From the sequence record ON287372.1: a stretch of 64,000 bases of DNA, one strand, 5' to 3'. Shown here one piece after another: positions 48,124 to 57,915 of this stretch (its first letter is position 1; every line of letters starts with the position of its first letter). Made by a program: the position numbers and the translations under genes. Under the pieces are notes generated by a model. The model made no database searches. It was not told the origin of the DNA and saw nothing but the letters and a program-made list of their open reading frames with translations.

Positions 48124-48839
48124 CGACCTTTATCCAATGTGTTATCGAGGTGAGCTACGCGGAGGATGGTTGCAAAGTTACGTGTCGCAGTAACTCCTTC
48201 GCCATGCTCTTTAGCAACTTCAACACTACCCTCACCGGTGAGTGCAATGTCCTCTTCGAATTTAAGGTTAGCGGCTTCATCACCGCCACGTACAGAGATC
48301 GTTTCCAGAATGACTTTCAAGAAACCACGGCCACGCAGGTTGTTCGTTTCCACGAAAGACAACTTAGAACCTTTAGAAGGTCCCGTCACCTGACCAGTCA
48401 AGTCATCGATGTGAGTGACATCATCAGGGATAGATTGTTTATCTTCGATCATCTGTTGCAGACGAACAATGCCTTCGCGAACGATCATGTAGCGCAGTGG
48501 GGTGACGAACTCACGGTTAGTTTCCGGGTCAGTCATAATCAGGTGGTGGAAGAATTCCACACCCCATTTGTCACCGATGGCTTTGAAGTGCGCGTTGTTC
48601 AGCGTAATCCCTGAGATGTTAGGGATAGTTGCAGAAATGACAGGGCGACCTTGTGCGATCTGTCCCATCAACTCTTCAAACTGTTGGTCGCTGAGTTTGT
48701 CCAGGTCGGCTTTGAGCATTGTGTCGTTGCCGGATTTTGGAAAGAGTTCTGCCATTAGCTTTACGCCAATTACCGTTGCCTTTTCTCTGTTTTTCATCTT
48801 TAGGGCTCTCGATAGTAAATGCACGGTGTGCAACGTCAT
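48120..48839 (-). CDS. Virion RNAP beta C-terminal subunit (phiKZ gp149-like); likely start MKNREK near 48797
   Basis: DDLTGQVTGPSKGSKLSFVE...ILETISVRGGD resembles beta region I (GQRFGEME...QEMLTVKSDD). Confidence 0.8.
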   Translation of the reverse strand: MTLHTVHLLSRALKMKNREKATVIGVKLMAELFPKSGNDTMLKADLDKLSDQQFEELMGQIAQGRPVISATIPNISGITLNNAHFKAIGDKWGVEFFHHLIMTDPETNREFVTPLRYMIVREGIVRLQQMIEDKQSIPDDVTHIDDLTGQVTGPSKGSKLSFVETNNLRGRGFLKVILETISVRGGDEAANLKFEEDIALTGEGSVEVAKEHGEGVTATRNFATILRVAHLDNTLDKGR

Positions 48840-49170
48840 AACGATGTGCGTTCTGAACTACATGGCCAGTGCCTTTACTCTTGCCATCCCAGAATGTTGC
48901 ACAATGAGTTGCTATCTCTAGCATCTCTGCATTTCGGATATACCCTGCACTTGAACCGAGGTTATCCCAATCTGCGGGGAAGGTTAAACACTTATACCCT
49001 CTTCGTAATGCATAGAGGAAGGCTAAGTAATCGGTTCCTCTAGCGCCACCCTCAATGATAATAACTTCATCTTTTGGGAAGCGCTTGAGGAGCTTGTCCA
49101 TAAGCTTAGCGAATTGATAGTATCGGATGTACCCTCGACCACCCGATACCATGATTTTATATTTGGCCAT
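48676..49170 (-). CDS. SLOG superfamily protein (DUF2493/YspA-like)
   Basis: IMVSGGR, IIEGGARGTD, FPADW...AGYIRN.EM and FWDGKSKGT motifs. Confidence 0.85.
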   Translation of the reverse strand: MAKYKIMVSGGRGYIRYYQFAKLMDKLLKRFPKDEVIIIEGGARGTDYLAFLYALRRGYKCLTFPADWDNLGSSAGYIRNAEMLEIATHCATFWDGKSKGTGHVVQNAHRYDVAHRAFTIESPKDEKQRKGNGNWRKANGRTLSKIRQRHNAQSRPGQTQRPTV

Positions 49171-49184
49171 ACAGATGACCCTCG

Positions 49185-49466
49185 TTACCAGAGTCTCAGG
49201 ATATGCGTGATGACTTTGGCGTTGAAGTTATCTAACCAGACGTCGATGCCGTGATCAACGGGTAATGTATCACAATGACGCGATGCTTCTGGAGAGTTAT
49301 CTTTCAGGATATCAGACCAGAACTCATTGATCTCTAGCATTTCCGCTTTGTTACTTGACCGTACTCTTTCACGATGTTCGAACGAGCTTTCAAAGCGGTT
49401 CGCAATCCGATTAGAATACTGCGCAAGTAACATGGTCATGTGGAAGCGTGCTTCTTGACGTACCAT
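49185..49466 (-). CDS. Hypothetical protein
   Basis: 93 aa; AGGAGAG RBS. Confidence 0.7.
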   Translation of the reverse strand: MVRQEARFHMTMLLAQYSNRIANRFESSFEHRERVRSSNKAEMLEINEFWSDILKDNSPEASRHCDTLPVDHGIDVWLDNFNAKVITHILRLW

Positions 49467-49481
49467 GTTACTAGCTCTCCT

Positions 49482-50906
49482 TTATTTTTTCTTCATCCAA
49501 TACGGCTTATAGGTACCGGCAGCGATGTTGATAAAGTCAAGTGCAGACAGGTAATGCTTCTCTTCCTTGATCTCTTCGAACTGCCAATATCCACGAGTTG
49601 TTTCCAACAGCTCGTGGATATCGTAACCCTGTTCTTTTACCTTAGCGATAATCTCTGCAGGAGACACGGTGACGTGCGGGCCGAGATACCACATGAAGTT
49701 ACTGATCTGACACATACCCGCGGTCAGCTCCAACGCACGGCGAAGTTTGTAGTCTTCGTCGATTTTGTCACGGATGGCGTTACGGGTGAACTTCACTTCT
49801 GGGTAGATCAACAGTGACATGTTGGTATTGTTGGAATCCATACCCCAGTACTTGTTGGTATCACGCAGGTAGTGCAGCAGCGTCAGGTGCTCTTGCAGAC
49901 CTTCAGTCTGAGAGAAGATCAGATCGAATGGTGCGCCGGATTGACCGAACTTACCGCGCAAGTTCATGCACGACACTTTCACCAGATCTTTATCGTCCTT
50001 CGAACCAGCTTCACCGCGGCCGTAAATCGGAATACGGTTGCTGTCAGTCAACGGAGTACGCTTGTGTACCATCCACATGTTGTTTGGTACGAAGGTGAAT
50101 TTCTCCGTGGCGTTCTTCAGGCCTTTACCCGCTGCCAAGTCTGCCATGATCTTAGATGGCGGAGCATTCGGGTCCATGTTCACTTTAGAACCGATGTGTG
50201 CGGTCATGAAGGTAAACATGGAGTGACGGCCATTCAGAGAAGGCATCTGCATCATGATCTGGGTCTTGAAGCGACCGTCGTTCATGAACATCATGTTGTT
50301 GTCTTTATGACCGATTTCGACGTCACCGAACTTCTGTTCGATTGCATCGAAGGACATCATTGACCAGCTATCGATCTCTTCCAGCGTTGGCGGGAACATA
50401 GTGATCGAAGAACCGTCTACGTTTACAAACGGAGTGGTCAGCTGAGGGACTTTGTTTTTCTTGTCCGTTTTAGCATCGCCATATTCCTTACGGATATCCC
50501 AGTAGGCGTTACCGGACATTTTCAGCATGTTGGAGAAGAAGAACTTCTCATTCTCTTCCATACCTTCCGCTTGAATCTGCGGGCAGCGAGACGCACGATA
50601 CATCAGACCAGATACGTCTTTAGAACCTTCAGTCTCGTAGTAGAAACTGTTGGTGGCCTGGTAGTAGTGCTCCTGAGCTTTCAGCATGAAGTAATCGCTC
50701 AGGGTTGATTTGAACTGGTTATTCTCACCAACTACTGCGTTGATGAACGAGAAGCCACCGTTGAGGATTTGCTCACCATGTTTACCTGGAGTGTAGCGAC
50801 CAGAGAAATGGTCGAACAGACAACCTACGTTTAACTTTGGCGTGGTTGCATCTGCAGCTTTGTCTTTCCCGACAACACCGCCGATACTTAAGCTGAAATT
50901 ACTCAT
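49482..50906 (-). CDS. uvsX: UvsX/RecA-like recombinase (phiKZ gp152-like)
   Basis: Walker A GENNQFKST (UvsX-type F for G); Walker B EEIDSWS; FMTAHIG; LRGKFGQSG. Confidence 0.85.
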   Translation of the reverse strand: MSNFSLSIGGVVGKDKAADATTPKLNVGCLFDHFSGRYTPGKHGEQILNGGFSFINAVVGENNQFKSTLSDYFMLKAQEHYYQATNSFYYETEGSKDVSGLMYRASRCPQIQAEGMEENEKFFFSNMLKMSGNAYWDIRKEYGDAKTDKKNKVPQLTTPFVNVDGSSITMFPPTLEEIDSWSMMSFDAIEQKFGDVEIGHKDNNMMFMNDGRFKTQIMMQMPSLNGRHSMFTFMTAHIGSKVNMDPNAPPSKIMADLAAGKGLKNATEKFTFVPNNMWMVHKRTPLTDSNRIPIYGRGEAGSKDDKDLVKVSCMNLRGKFGQSGAPFDLIFSQTEGLQEHLTLLHYLRDTNKYWGMDSNNTNMSLLIYPEVKFTRNAIRDKIDEDYKLRRALELTAGMCQISNFMWYLGPHVTVSPAEIIAKVKEQGYDIHELLETTRGYWQFEEIKEEKHYLSALDFINIAAGTYKPYWMKKK

Positions 50907-51013
50907 TAGAATTCATTCCTGTTCGATAATAGAAACTTGTGCTCATTCTAATGGGGAGATACATTTATTTTTATGTTGACATCCCTCTCATTCCGGATAT
51001 AAAGGTTTATTCC

Positions 51014-51883
51014 ATGAAAAAACATTCCCTTCCTCTCATGAAGGCAGAACAGACTGCTTTGGTCGAACTGGCTAAAGTTGTTCCGATGACTGCGCCATCT
51101 AATGAGGCGTTGGCTTTGCATCGTCCATTGATGCCGCTGATTAATAAATTCAGTGACTTCCTGAAGAAGGTTTCTGGGAGTTTCTCCATGTCTGTACAAC
51201 CGGAAGATACCCAGGTTCTGGATAAAGTTGATCCTAACGTAGCTAAGCTTCAACAGCGTTTGGCTAACGTTCCCTACATCGATATCGTTGACCAGCGCGT
51301 ACCAGTAACCCCTGGTCTGAATGTAACCTGGCTGGAGTACCTGGATGCTTACCGTCATCCGGTAGAGTTCTGTATTGCCATGTACGACAACTACCTGAAG
51401 CCGTTTGAGAAGTTCCTGGCGACTGCGGTAACTAGCCCGGAGCAACTCTCTGCGGTTGGTAAAATCATCTCTGTTAAGCATGCTGATGTTCCGGGGATGT
51501 TGAAATCTATCGTCGCTCCTCTTGGCGGTGGTGATCGTCAGGTAGTTCGTAAGTATGGTCAGTGCGCTGAGCGTAACGCTGACACCATTGAAGCTATGCA
51601 ACAGACCAAATCCATGGGCCAGGGTCTGAGCAGCTCTAACATGGATCTGGTTAACGCTTCTGTGGAAAACATCAGTAAGCTGATTGACCAGCTGTCTTCT
51701 CAGATCAAAGATACCAACTTACCATATCGCTTCAATGCCAAGTCGATCAAAGAGCTTTCCGAAGTTACTTACGATGTGGCTGAGATGGTTGAGTTGTACG
51801 CTGCGGTTTACACTCGCTTCGCTAGCCATAAACAGGCTATGGATGATACTGCTAAGAAACTGCTACAAGTACTGCCACGTTAA
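51014..51883 (+). CDS. Probable virion head protein with an N-terminal propeptide
   Basis: Likely start MKKHSL; APSNE|AL possible processing site; synteny between UvsX and RNase H. Confidence 0.65.
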   Translation: MKKHSLPLMKAEQTALVELAKVVPMTAPSNEALALHRPLMPLINKFSDFLKKVSGSFSMSVQPEDTQVLDKVDPNVAKLQQRLANVPYIDIVDQRVPVTPGLNVTWLEYLDAYRHPVEFCIAMYDNYLKPFEKFLATAVTSPEQLSAVGKIISVKHADVPGMLKSIVAPLGGGDRQVVRKYGQCAERNADTIEAMQQTKSMGQGLSSSNMDLVNASVENISKLIDQLSSQIKDTNLPYRFNAKSIKELSEVTYDVAEMVELYAAVYTRFASHKQAMDDTAKKLLQVLPR

Positions 51884-51952
51884 TACAACAAAATAGTTAA
51901 AGGGCCCAGAGAGCGATAAAGCTCTCTGGGTTACCTTTCTTTATTTCCGTAA

Positions 51953-52333
51953 TCAATTTGCAAATTGTCGGTTTGCCGATGCCAGGTCGGTAACCTTTTG
52001 AAGATCATTCTCGAAATTAAAGTTGTTCCCTTGGTGATCGTATTTCAACCACGTAGGCAGTAGTTGTGAATAATACCGAACCAGCCTTTCGGGTGGAAGA
52101 GATTCTAAACGTTCGCGTTTGCTTTTGTCCCAAAGGATTTCGGGAAGGACCGCAGCCAGTTGAAGACCGCGACAATCAATCGCAATATTCATCTGTTCGT
52201 TTAGTTCTTCCATGGAGGTCGTCACACATTTCTTCTTACGAAGGATGGCGTAAAGTGACCCGAGGACCAGCATGCGCCGGCCCTTATCATTCAGGTACTT
52301 CCGACCTATTAAACAAAATAACAGTCTGATCAT
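51953..52333 (-). CDS. Hypothetical protein
   Basis: 126 aa; overlaps the RNase H stop by 4 nt. Confidence 0.7.
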   Translation of the reverse strand: MIRLLFCLIGRKYLNDKGRRMLVLGSLYAILRKKKCVTTSMEELNEQMNIAIDCRGLQLAAVLPEILWDKSKRERLESLPPERLVRYYSQLLPTWLKYDHQGNNFNFENDLQKVTDLASANRQFAN

Positions 52334-53910
52334 AGTTTGCCTGTAAGCTCGAAGAGGTTAGAACTTAAAGAGCAACTGAACAACAGTTCCCCGTCCTCCT
52401 CCACGATCGTACCATAACGGAATGCTGTTGGTGCTACTGGCCAGGTAATCGCGTAGACTTTCGTCTCCGGAGTACCAATTGCATTCAGGGTGTTACGCAG
52501 TGGGATATCTTGACCCAACTTGAGTTTCACCTTAGCTTTGCCAGACTTACCTGCCATGAGGTAATCAAGCTCAACTGCGAATGCTTTATGCGGAGGGTTG
52601 ATAGCATCGGTAGGTTTAGTTACCGGCTTCTTGTTACCTTCCTGCGTTGTGACCAGGCACTTATCCGTAATATCAGTAACGGTCACGGATGGATTACCGC
52701 TCAGATATTTCTCTATTACACTGACGAGGTTATCAAACTTATCCATCAGTGTATATCCCAGGTACGTAGGACGTAGCTCTTTTAGGACAGGTACTTTATC
52801 TGGTGTCGCTAGCAGTCCACGATTCTTGTCGCCCCACAGTACAGCTTGGCCGTGAGTTAACAGATTCGAGTAACGCTCAGGTTGGAGGATATTTTCCAGG
52901 TACCCGAGTGTCATGACATTACTACCGTCGTAGAACTGGTCTTTCAGAAACTCCCCTAATAACTCCAGCACCGGCTCCTGTTCTTTCAACAGAAGGATCG
53001 ATACCTTAGCAGTGGCTGTCGATTTACCGATCAGGTCTTCTTCATCTTCCGCTTTGCCGTGGTTGCCAAAGAAGTAGAAATGACGACTGTCGAAGTCGTA
53101 CTTGTTAGAAGCCCGGTCGTTAGTCGCATACCACCAACGCTGCTCTAAGAGACGATTACTTATCTTTGTTTTCTGAATATACCCTTTTGCATCACTCACC
53201 AAGAACTTCTCAGTGCCCGGAACATCGCGCTGCAGAATCATTGCGCAGTTGGCATTGTAATCTGCCTTTTCATTACCCGCATCACCGGCGTGACCGTATA
53301 CGTGAGTGAAGAACAACTGAGTATGACCTTCAGCAACGAGAGCATCGAATACTTCGTAGATCTGCTTCCAGTATTCCCAGTTAGGCGTTATTACACCCTT
53401 AGAGTTCTTACCACCATTACGTTCCCAGCCTTGACGCCAAATCAGCAACCCTTTCAAAGCGTACTCTGAGTCAGGGATGATGAAGGCTTGTTTGGGTTTG
53501 AACTTTGCAATGAACTGCAGAGCGACGTACAGCCCGGTCATTTCTGCGTAGTTATTCGTGGTGGCATGTTGCCCACCGTAGAAATCGAGGTAGTGAGTTG
53601 GTACCACTGGTGCCGCAGCCTTGTTCTCAGGATACGGGAATAAAGGGGTACCTCTCTCGCCTTTATAGGTCCGATCGGTACCCAAATTCGGAGAAGGTTT
53701 TGTAGTACGTCCATCAACGTAACCGTAGTTACTTGGTACGCCTTTAGACTTTGTGAATTCGTTTTTCTTCTCTTCTACCAGCGGGTAAACGTAACCATGG
53801 AGTGACCAACCAGATAACAAAGTATCTTGGTTAGATCCGCCATCAGTGTATAACACTGCGTTAAATTCACCCGGCGTCCAAAGACCCTCTTGGATGTTAT
53901 CGATACTCAT
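52330..53910 (-). CDS. rnhA: Ribonuclease HI with C-terminal extension (phiKZ gp155-like)
   Basis: LYTDGG, TNNYAEM, IPDSEY and HVYGHAGDAGNEKAD give all catalytic residues. Confidence 0.92.
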   Translation of the reverse strand: MSIDNIQEGLWTPGEFNAVLYTDGGSNQDTLLSGWSLHGYVYPLVEEKKNEFTKSKGVPSNYGYVDGRTTKPSPNLGTDRTYKGERGTPLFPYPENKAAAPVVPTHYLDFYGGQHATTNNYAEMTGLYVALQFIAKFKPKQAFIIPDSEYALKGLLIWRQGWERNGGKNSKGVITPNWEYWKQIYEVFDALVAEGHTQLFFTHVYGHAGDAGNEKADYNANCAMILQRDVPGTEKFLVSDAKGYIQKTKISNRLLEQRWWYATNDRASNKYDFDSRHFYFFGNHGKAEDEEDLIGKSTATAKVSILLLKEQEPVLELLGEFLKDQFYDGSNVMTLGYLENILQPERYSNLLTHGQAVLWGDKNRGLLATPDKVPVLKELRPTYLGYTLMDKFDNLVSVIEKYLSGNPSVTVTDITDKCLVTTQEGNKKPVTKPTDAINPPHKAFAVELDYLMAGKSGKAKVKLKLGQDIPLRNTLNAIGTPETKVYAITWPVAPTAFRYGTIVEEDGELLFSCSLSSNLFELTGKL

Positions 53911-53966
53911 TCGAAAGCTCCTGATAATATTTACAAACTAACAGAAGCTATCGTATTTTTCGACAA

Positions 53967-54398
53967 CTACTTTCCGTTTGGGTTTACTTTGTTACTCTGG
54001 TCAATCATGTGATGGGTATTTTCGCTACATTCGGTTGGGTGCTTTTCGCAGAGCTTCGTGATTTCAGCCTTGAGGCTATCTACCATGAAGTCCTTCTCAA
54101 CACTTTCCCGAATAAGTAATCGTACATCTTTTTCGTAAGTTTCACGAGAAACTACGCTAACTGAAGCGGGATAGGTTTCAGCCTTCCTTTCATCTACACA
54201 GACCATGTTGCGGTCAACGTACTTGTTATACCCTAAGTACATACCCGCGATGATAATGAACAAGGTCAGTATGGAGATGATTGTACGATACTTCGTCCTT
54301 TGCTTCTTGGTAGGCGGTCTCCCTTCTACGTCCGCTCTGTACTGCTCCTTAATGAAGTAGTAAAGGTACGGGATGATTCTCAAAATCAAAAGGTTCAC
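53967..54398 (-). CDS. Single-pass membrane protein
   Basis: TM segment IISILTLFIIIAGMYLGY followed by a helical domain with three Cys. Confidence 0.65.
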   Translation of the reverse strand: MNLLILRIIPYLYYFIKEQYRADVEGRPPTKKQRTKYRTIISILTLFIIIAGMYLGYNKYVDRNMVCVDERKAETYPASVSVVSRETYEKDVRLLIRESVEKDFMVDSLKAEITKLCEKHPTECSENTHHMIDQSNKVNPNGK

Positions 54399-54455
54399 GG
54401 CGGAAGCCTCCTGCGTTGCAAATTATCATAATTTTATTTTTGGAGAAAACTGGAT

Positions 54456-55757
54456 ATGTTGACACTGTATGGTTTTGTCAATATCGCGAATTTTATCAAC
54501 AACACCCCAGGTCAAACGGCCACCGTTGGTGAGATCACCGCGCACTCAGCTACGTACAGTAGCGAGAAAGGCATGTACCGCGTACAGGAATACCCTGACG
54601 TCAGCTTGCTCACTTTCGATGTTCGTCGTGACGACACTAAGGTCGACTTGAACCTGGCCTATTACAGTATCACTTTACAAATTTCCCAATGGCTTTATAC
54701 TCGTAGTATCCAGGGACTCATTGGTAAAGACACGACTGGTCTGCTGCAAGCGTTGAACACTCAGTTCGCGACTATTGCGGAATTCCGTAGTGTAGGCGAA
54801 ATCGTTACTCACCGCAACTACAATTTCCCGAGCAGCGTTCAATTCCGTATCTCCACCGCAGGTGAAGAGAATGAGTGCTACATCTGGTACGCCGATGCCA
54901 ACTTCCGTACGGAATATCCGAACTATGAAATTGACGTCGTTCCACCGGTAGATAACATCGATATTCTGATGGGTACCGGTAATGAAGTACTCGATGTCCT
55001 GAAAGCGATTACGGTTAAAAGTCACTCGGACCGTATCCAGGAAAAAATAGGGGATCAACCCCAAACAGAAATTTGGACGGGTAACTTTACCTGGGTAGAT
55101 CGTACCAATGACGAAGTACGTTACTTGGCTCCATTTACCGCTATTATCCGTGGCTTTGCCGGGTCCAACCTGGACCACATTAAAGATGCGCTGCGCGAGT
55201 ATATTCTCGAAAATTCAAAGTATGGCCGTGATGAGTGGGAAGTGGTTCTACCTGACCTCTTCACTCCAACCGAGTTTTATTTGGTTCCTACTTGGGATCG
55301 GTATTCCTTACCTAACCAAATTGAGTCGACCGGTTTGTATTCGCCGACAGTGCCAGTGAAATTCATTCCGGACTACGCTACCAAATACTTCATCGGTTAT
55401 GAACAATCCCACATAGAAGCTAACATGTGTATCTCTGGTTCAACCTACCAGAACATTCCGTTTATCTCCTGTGGTCATGTCCGTAACTATTCCGTGGGTA
55501 GTAACTTCGACGCACTCTGGCCTCAGTACGCTGCTATCTCCACAGATAGCCCTGAGTTCAGTAAGATCCCGCCAGAGACTCGCGAGTTTATCCTGGCTAT
55601 GATCTCGCTGTTTAAAGCAGCTGAAAAAGCCACTGCAACTAGCGTGATTCCAACTGGGATGACTCGTACAGTTCGTAATGGTATCTACTATCTCACAACA
55701 ACAGTGGGCCCGGTGCAGTATCTGACACCAATTAAAAATGGGTTCTCTAAGGACTGA
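54456..55757 (+). CDS. Probable virion structural protein
   Basis: 433 aa; GGAG RBS; position in the conserved phiKZ-like block. Confidence 0.7.
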   Translation: MLTLYGFVNIANFINNTPGQTATVGEITAHSATYSSEKGMYRVQEYPDVSLLTFDVRRDDTKVDLNLAYYSITLQISQWLYTRSIQGLIGKDTTGLLQALNTQFATIAEFRSVGEIVTHRNYNFPSSVQFRISTAGEENECYIWYADANFRTEYPNYEIDVVPPVDNIDILMGTGNEVLDVLKAITVKSHSDRIQEKIGDQPQTEIWTGNFTWVDRTNDEVRYLAPFTAIIRGFAGSNLDHIKDALREYILENSKYGRDEWEVVLPDLFTPTEFYLVPTWDRYSLPNQIESTGLYSPTVPVKFIPDYATKYFIGYEQSHIEANMCISGSTYQNIPFISCGHVRNYSVGSNFDALWPQYAAISTDSPEFSKIPPETREFILAMISLFKAAEKATATSVIPTGMTRTVRNGIYYLTTTVGPVQYLTPIKNGFSKD

Positions 55758-55761
55758 TTGA

Positions 55762-56370
55762 ATGGCAGTGTTAAATACCCCAAGTTTGTCCATGCGGGGC
55801 ATCTGGAGTTTAAAAGCTCCGTGGACTGCTGACCACACTTTACTTTATACTTGTATCGCATTACGCAAGTTTAAAGAGATCATTTCGATCGATGGTGTGG
55901 ATATCTTCAAAGTCCATTACCAACCGCGTGGGCTCACTCAGGATCAGTATCAGAAGGATCTAGCAGCTGGCGCGACGATGTGCGTGCTCTCTAGTGATGC
56001 CGGTGCTGTTATCCAGGTTCCAGATACGTACATTGAATCGTACCCTGGTATTGCAATGTCCAACTATGGTATTGCGGTATTGTCTGCGATGATTGGCCCG
56101 CTCCCGTTGAATATCTCGTTTGACTTCTTGATTGATCAAGTTAAGAATGTTATCACGGATACGATCGGTGTGGAGCCTACGGTCAACTTAGACCACATCC
56201 CTACGAACACTGCAATAAGTCCACAGGACGCCGATGCATTAGAAGCTGCTCGTCAAGCCGCTATTAAGAATCGTACTTCAACGTACGCTCAACTCTTAGC
56301 GGAACAACAGGCAAACGCTTCATTACGTCAGACCATTGTTGAGTTGCAAAAGCTGTTAGCTAAGAAGTGA
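55762..56370 (+). CDS. Probable virion structural protein
   Basis: 202 aa, coupled to the upstream gene, C-terminal coiled coil. Confidence 0.7.
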   Translation: MAVLNTPSLSMRGIWSLKAPWTADHTLLYTCIALRKFKEIISIDGVDIFKVHYQPRGLTQDQYQKDLAAGATMCVLSSDAGAVIQVPDTYIESYPGIAMSNYGIAVLSAMIGPLPLNISFDFLIDQVKNVITDTIGVEPTVNLDHIPTNTAISPQDADALEAARQAAIKNRTSTYAQLLAEQQANASLRQTIVELQKLLAKK

Positions 56371-56413
56371 TCATAAACCGGAGGGCCTTACGGTCCTCCG
56401 GCTATGTTTGTAC

Positions 56414-57004
56414 TTAGAGGGCTTCGCCTGGAATGCTATCTGAGAACTTAGCCAGTTCCCCTTTCTGAGCTTCGAACTTAGCTTGGTACTCTTCAGCAAA
56501 GATGCCTGCAATTTCGTTCTTCAGATCTTCATCCAAAGCAGTGCGATATTCGCTGTAGTCGATTGAAGGCTGACCTTCTTCTGGTAACAGGCCGTTACTC
56601 AGGTACAATTGACCGAATGCAATAGCGAACGGTACCACCTGGAAGAAAGTCTGCGATTCCGATACCAGTACAGTGTTGACATGACTCCAGTCGAACTGAT
56701 CCTTCTCGTAAACGTTAATGAGCGGAGTAGCTCGCCAACCTTCACCCAATGTATTCTCCAGGTCTTTATAAACCTGGACGGTATTGGAAGGGATGTTTGT
56801 GTACTGCTTAGAAACTACGATATCGGCCGCGGCCATAGCCAGGAGATGGTAGTAGGTAGGGGATTCGAGTAGTTCGAATTTCTCGGCATCATACAGGGCA
56901 TAAGAGTCGCCCATGATGATACGGGTACCGAACTTACTTTCCATATAACCCAGTACGAGTTTACGGACTTCATCGATAAAGATTTCTTTAGTCAGTTGAG
57001 ACAT
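56414..57004 (-). CDS. Hypothetical protein
   Basis: 196 aa, bounded by hairpins. Confidence 0.75.
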   Translation of the reverse strand: MSQLTKEIFIDEVRKLVLGYMESKFGTRIIMGDSYALYDAEKFELLESPTYYHLLAMAAADIVVSKQYTNIPSNTVQVYKDLENTLGEGWRATPLINVYEKDQFDWSHVNTVLVSESQTFFQVVPFAIAFGQLYLSNGLLPEEGQPSIDYSEYRTALDEDLKNEIAGIFAEEYQAKFEAQKGELAKFSDSIPGEAL

Positions 57005-57054
57005 GTTGGCTACCTTTTGAGCAAAAAAAAAAAGAAAGATAAGAGAGTAGGTTA

Positions 57055-57080
57055 CTAGGATACCCTGAAGGGTATCCTAG
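57055..57080 (-). terminator. Intrinsic terminator
   Basis: ctaggataccc-tgaa-gggtatcctag with a long T-run downstream on the minus strand (around 57023-57040). Confidence 0.7.
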
Positions 57081-57108
57081 CGTAGCGCATCGCGCCGATT
57101 TGTTTGGT

Positions 57109-57351
57109 TTATTCTGCAGCGTCAGATACGGGTGCTTTGCGGAATTCAGCGTCAGACAGGAACGCTTCTTCCACCCAGGCACCTTCGTCAGATTTGCTGG
57201 CTGCCAGAACAGTTTTACCGGCGGCTTCAGTAGCGGAGGTCCAGGCGAAAGTTTCGATCGCAGCTTCTACGACGCCGTGTGCGTCTTTGCCAGTTGCAGT
57301 TGCCAGGGTTTCAACTTTAGATGCCAGTACTTCGTTCAGTTCGATTTGCAT
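57109..57351 (-). CDS. Small ribbon-helix-helix-like protein with acidic tail
   Basis: MQIELNEVLASKVETLATATGKDAHGVVEAAIETF fits the CopG/Arc RHH pattern; TAGGA RBS; strong codon bias. Confidence 0.65.
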   Translation of the reverse strand: MQIELNEVLASKVETLATATGKDAHGVVEAAIETFAWTSATEAAGKTVLAASKSDEGAWVEEAFLSDAEFRKAPVSDAAE

Positions 57352-57426
57352 TGCAGTATTTCCTATTTGAGATTGAGTGATTTACAGTTTGTACATACTA
57401 CGGATAATGACGTTATTTACTACCGA

Positions 57427-57915
57427 TTACTTGCTATTGCCTTTACTAACCCGACGACGAATTAGTCTGGAGAGCAGATCGTTCTTAACCTGGGGGTTTG
57501 TTTTACCTGAGATGAAGGGTGCTTCATCAAAGATAGGGAAGAGACGGGACTTATCTTTCCCTGCAGCTGCGCCGATGATGCGGAGGTCTTTGGTCAACGA
57601 GCTACCGGTTGGGCTATTTTCACTATGCATTGCTCCGTAGAGTGCACTAGAAATAATATCCATAGTCCCGGCAGCCGGACGGTTAATCTCGGCCTTAAGG
57701 TTATCGATCTTTAAACGGAGTTCTTCTTCCTTCCGGGTAGTTTGAACTTTACGCTCAACCATCTCCGTCTTACCGCTATCGTTAATCACAAACTGACGTT
57801 TCGTTACCGTGTAAACGTCGTCAGGATTACGGTTATTGATCGCATCCCTTAACTGCCTTTTAAGCTGACGGCGGAGGATAAGGTTTTCCAAAATCGCACT
57901 TGGTATTTCGCTCAT
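57427..57915 (-). CDS. Hypothetical protein
   Basis: 162 aa, coupled to the upstream gene. Confidence 0.7.
   Translation of the reverse strand: MSEIPSAILENLILRRQLKRQLRDAINNRNPDDVYTVTKRQFVINDSGKTEMVERKVQTTRKEEELRLKIDNLKAEINRPAAGTMDIISSALYGAMHSENSPTGSSLTKDLRIIGAAAGKDKSRLFPIFDEAPFISGKTNPQVKNDLLSRLIRRRVSKGNSK

Noticed and set aside
53967-54398. Spanin or holin call for the membrane protein
   Set aside because: One TM and a helical domain fit, but no lipobox partner or adjacent endolysin was found.
18242-57040. Long A-runs at about 18242-18277, 42044-42053 and 57023-57033 as phase-variation tracts
   Set aside because: All are intergenic and adjacent to hairpins, so they are explained as terminator U-tracts.
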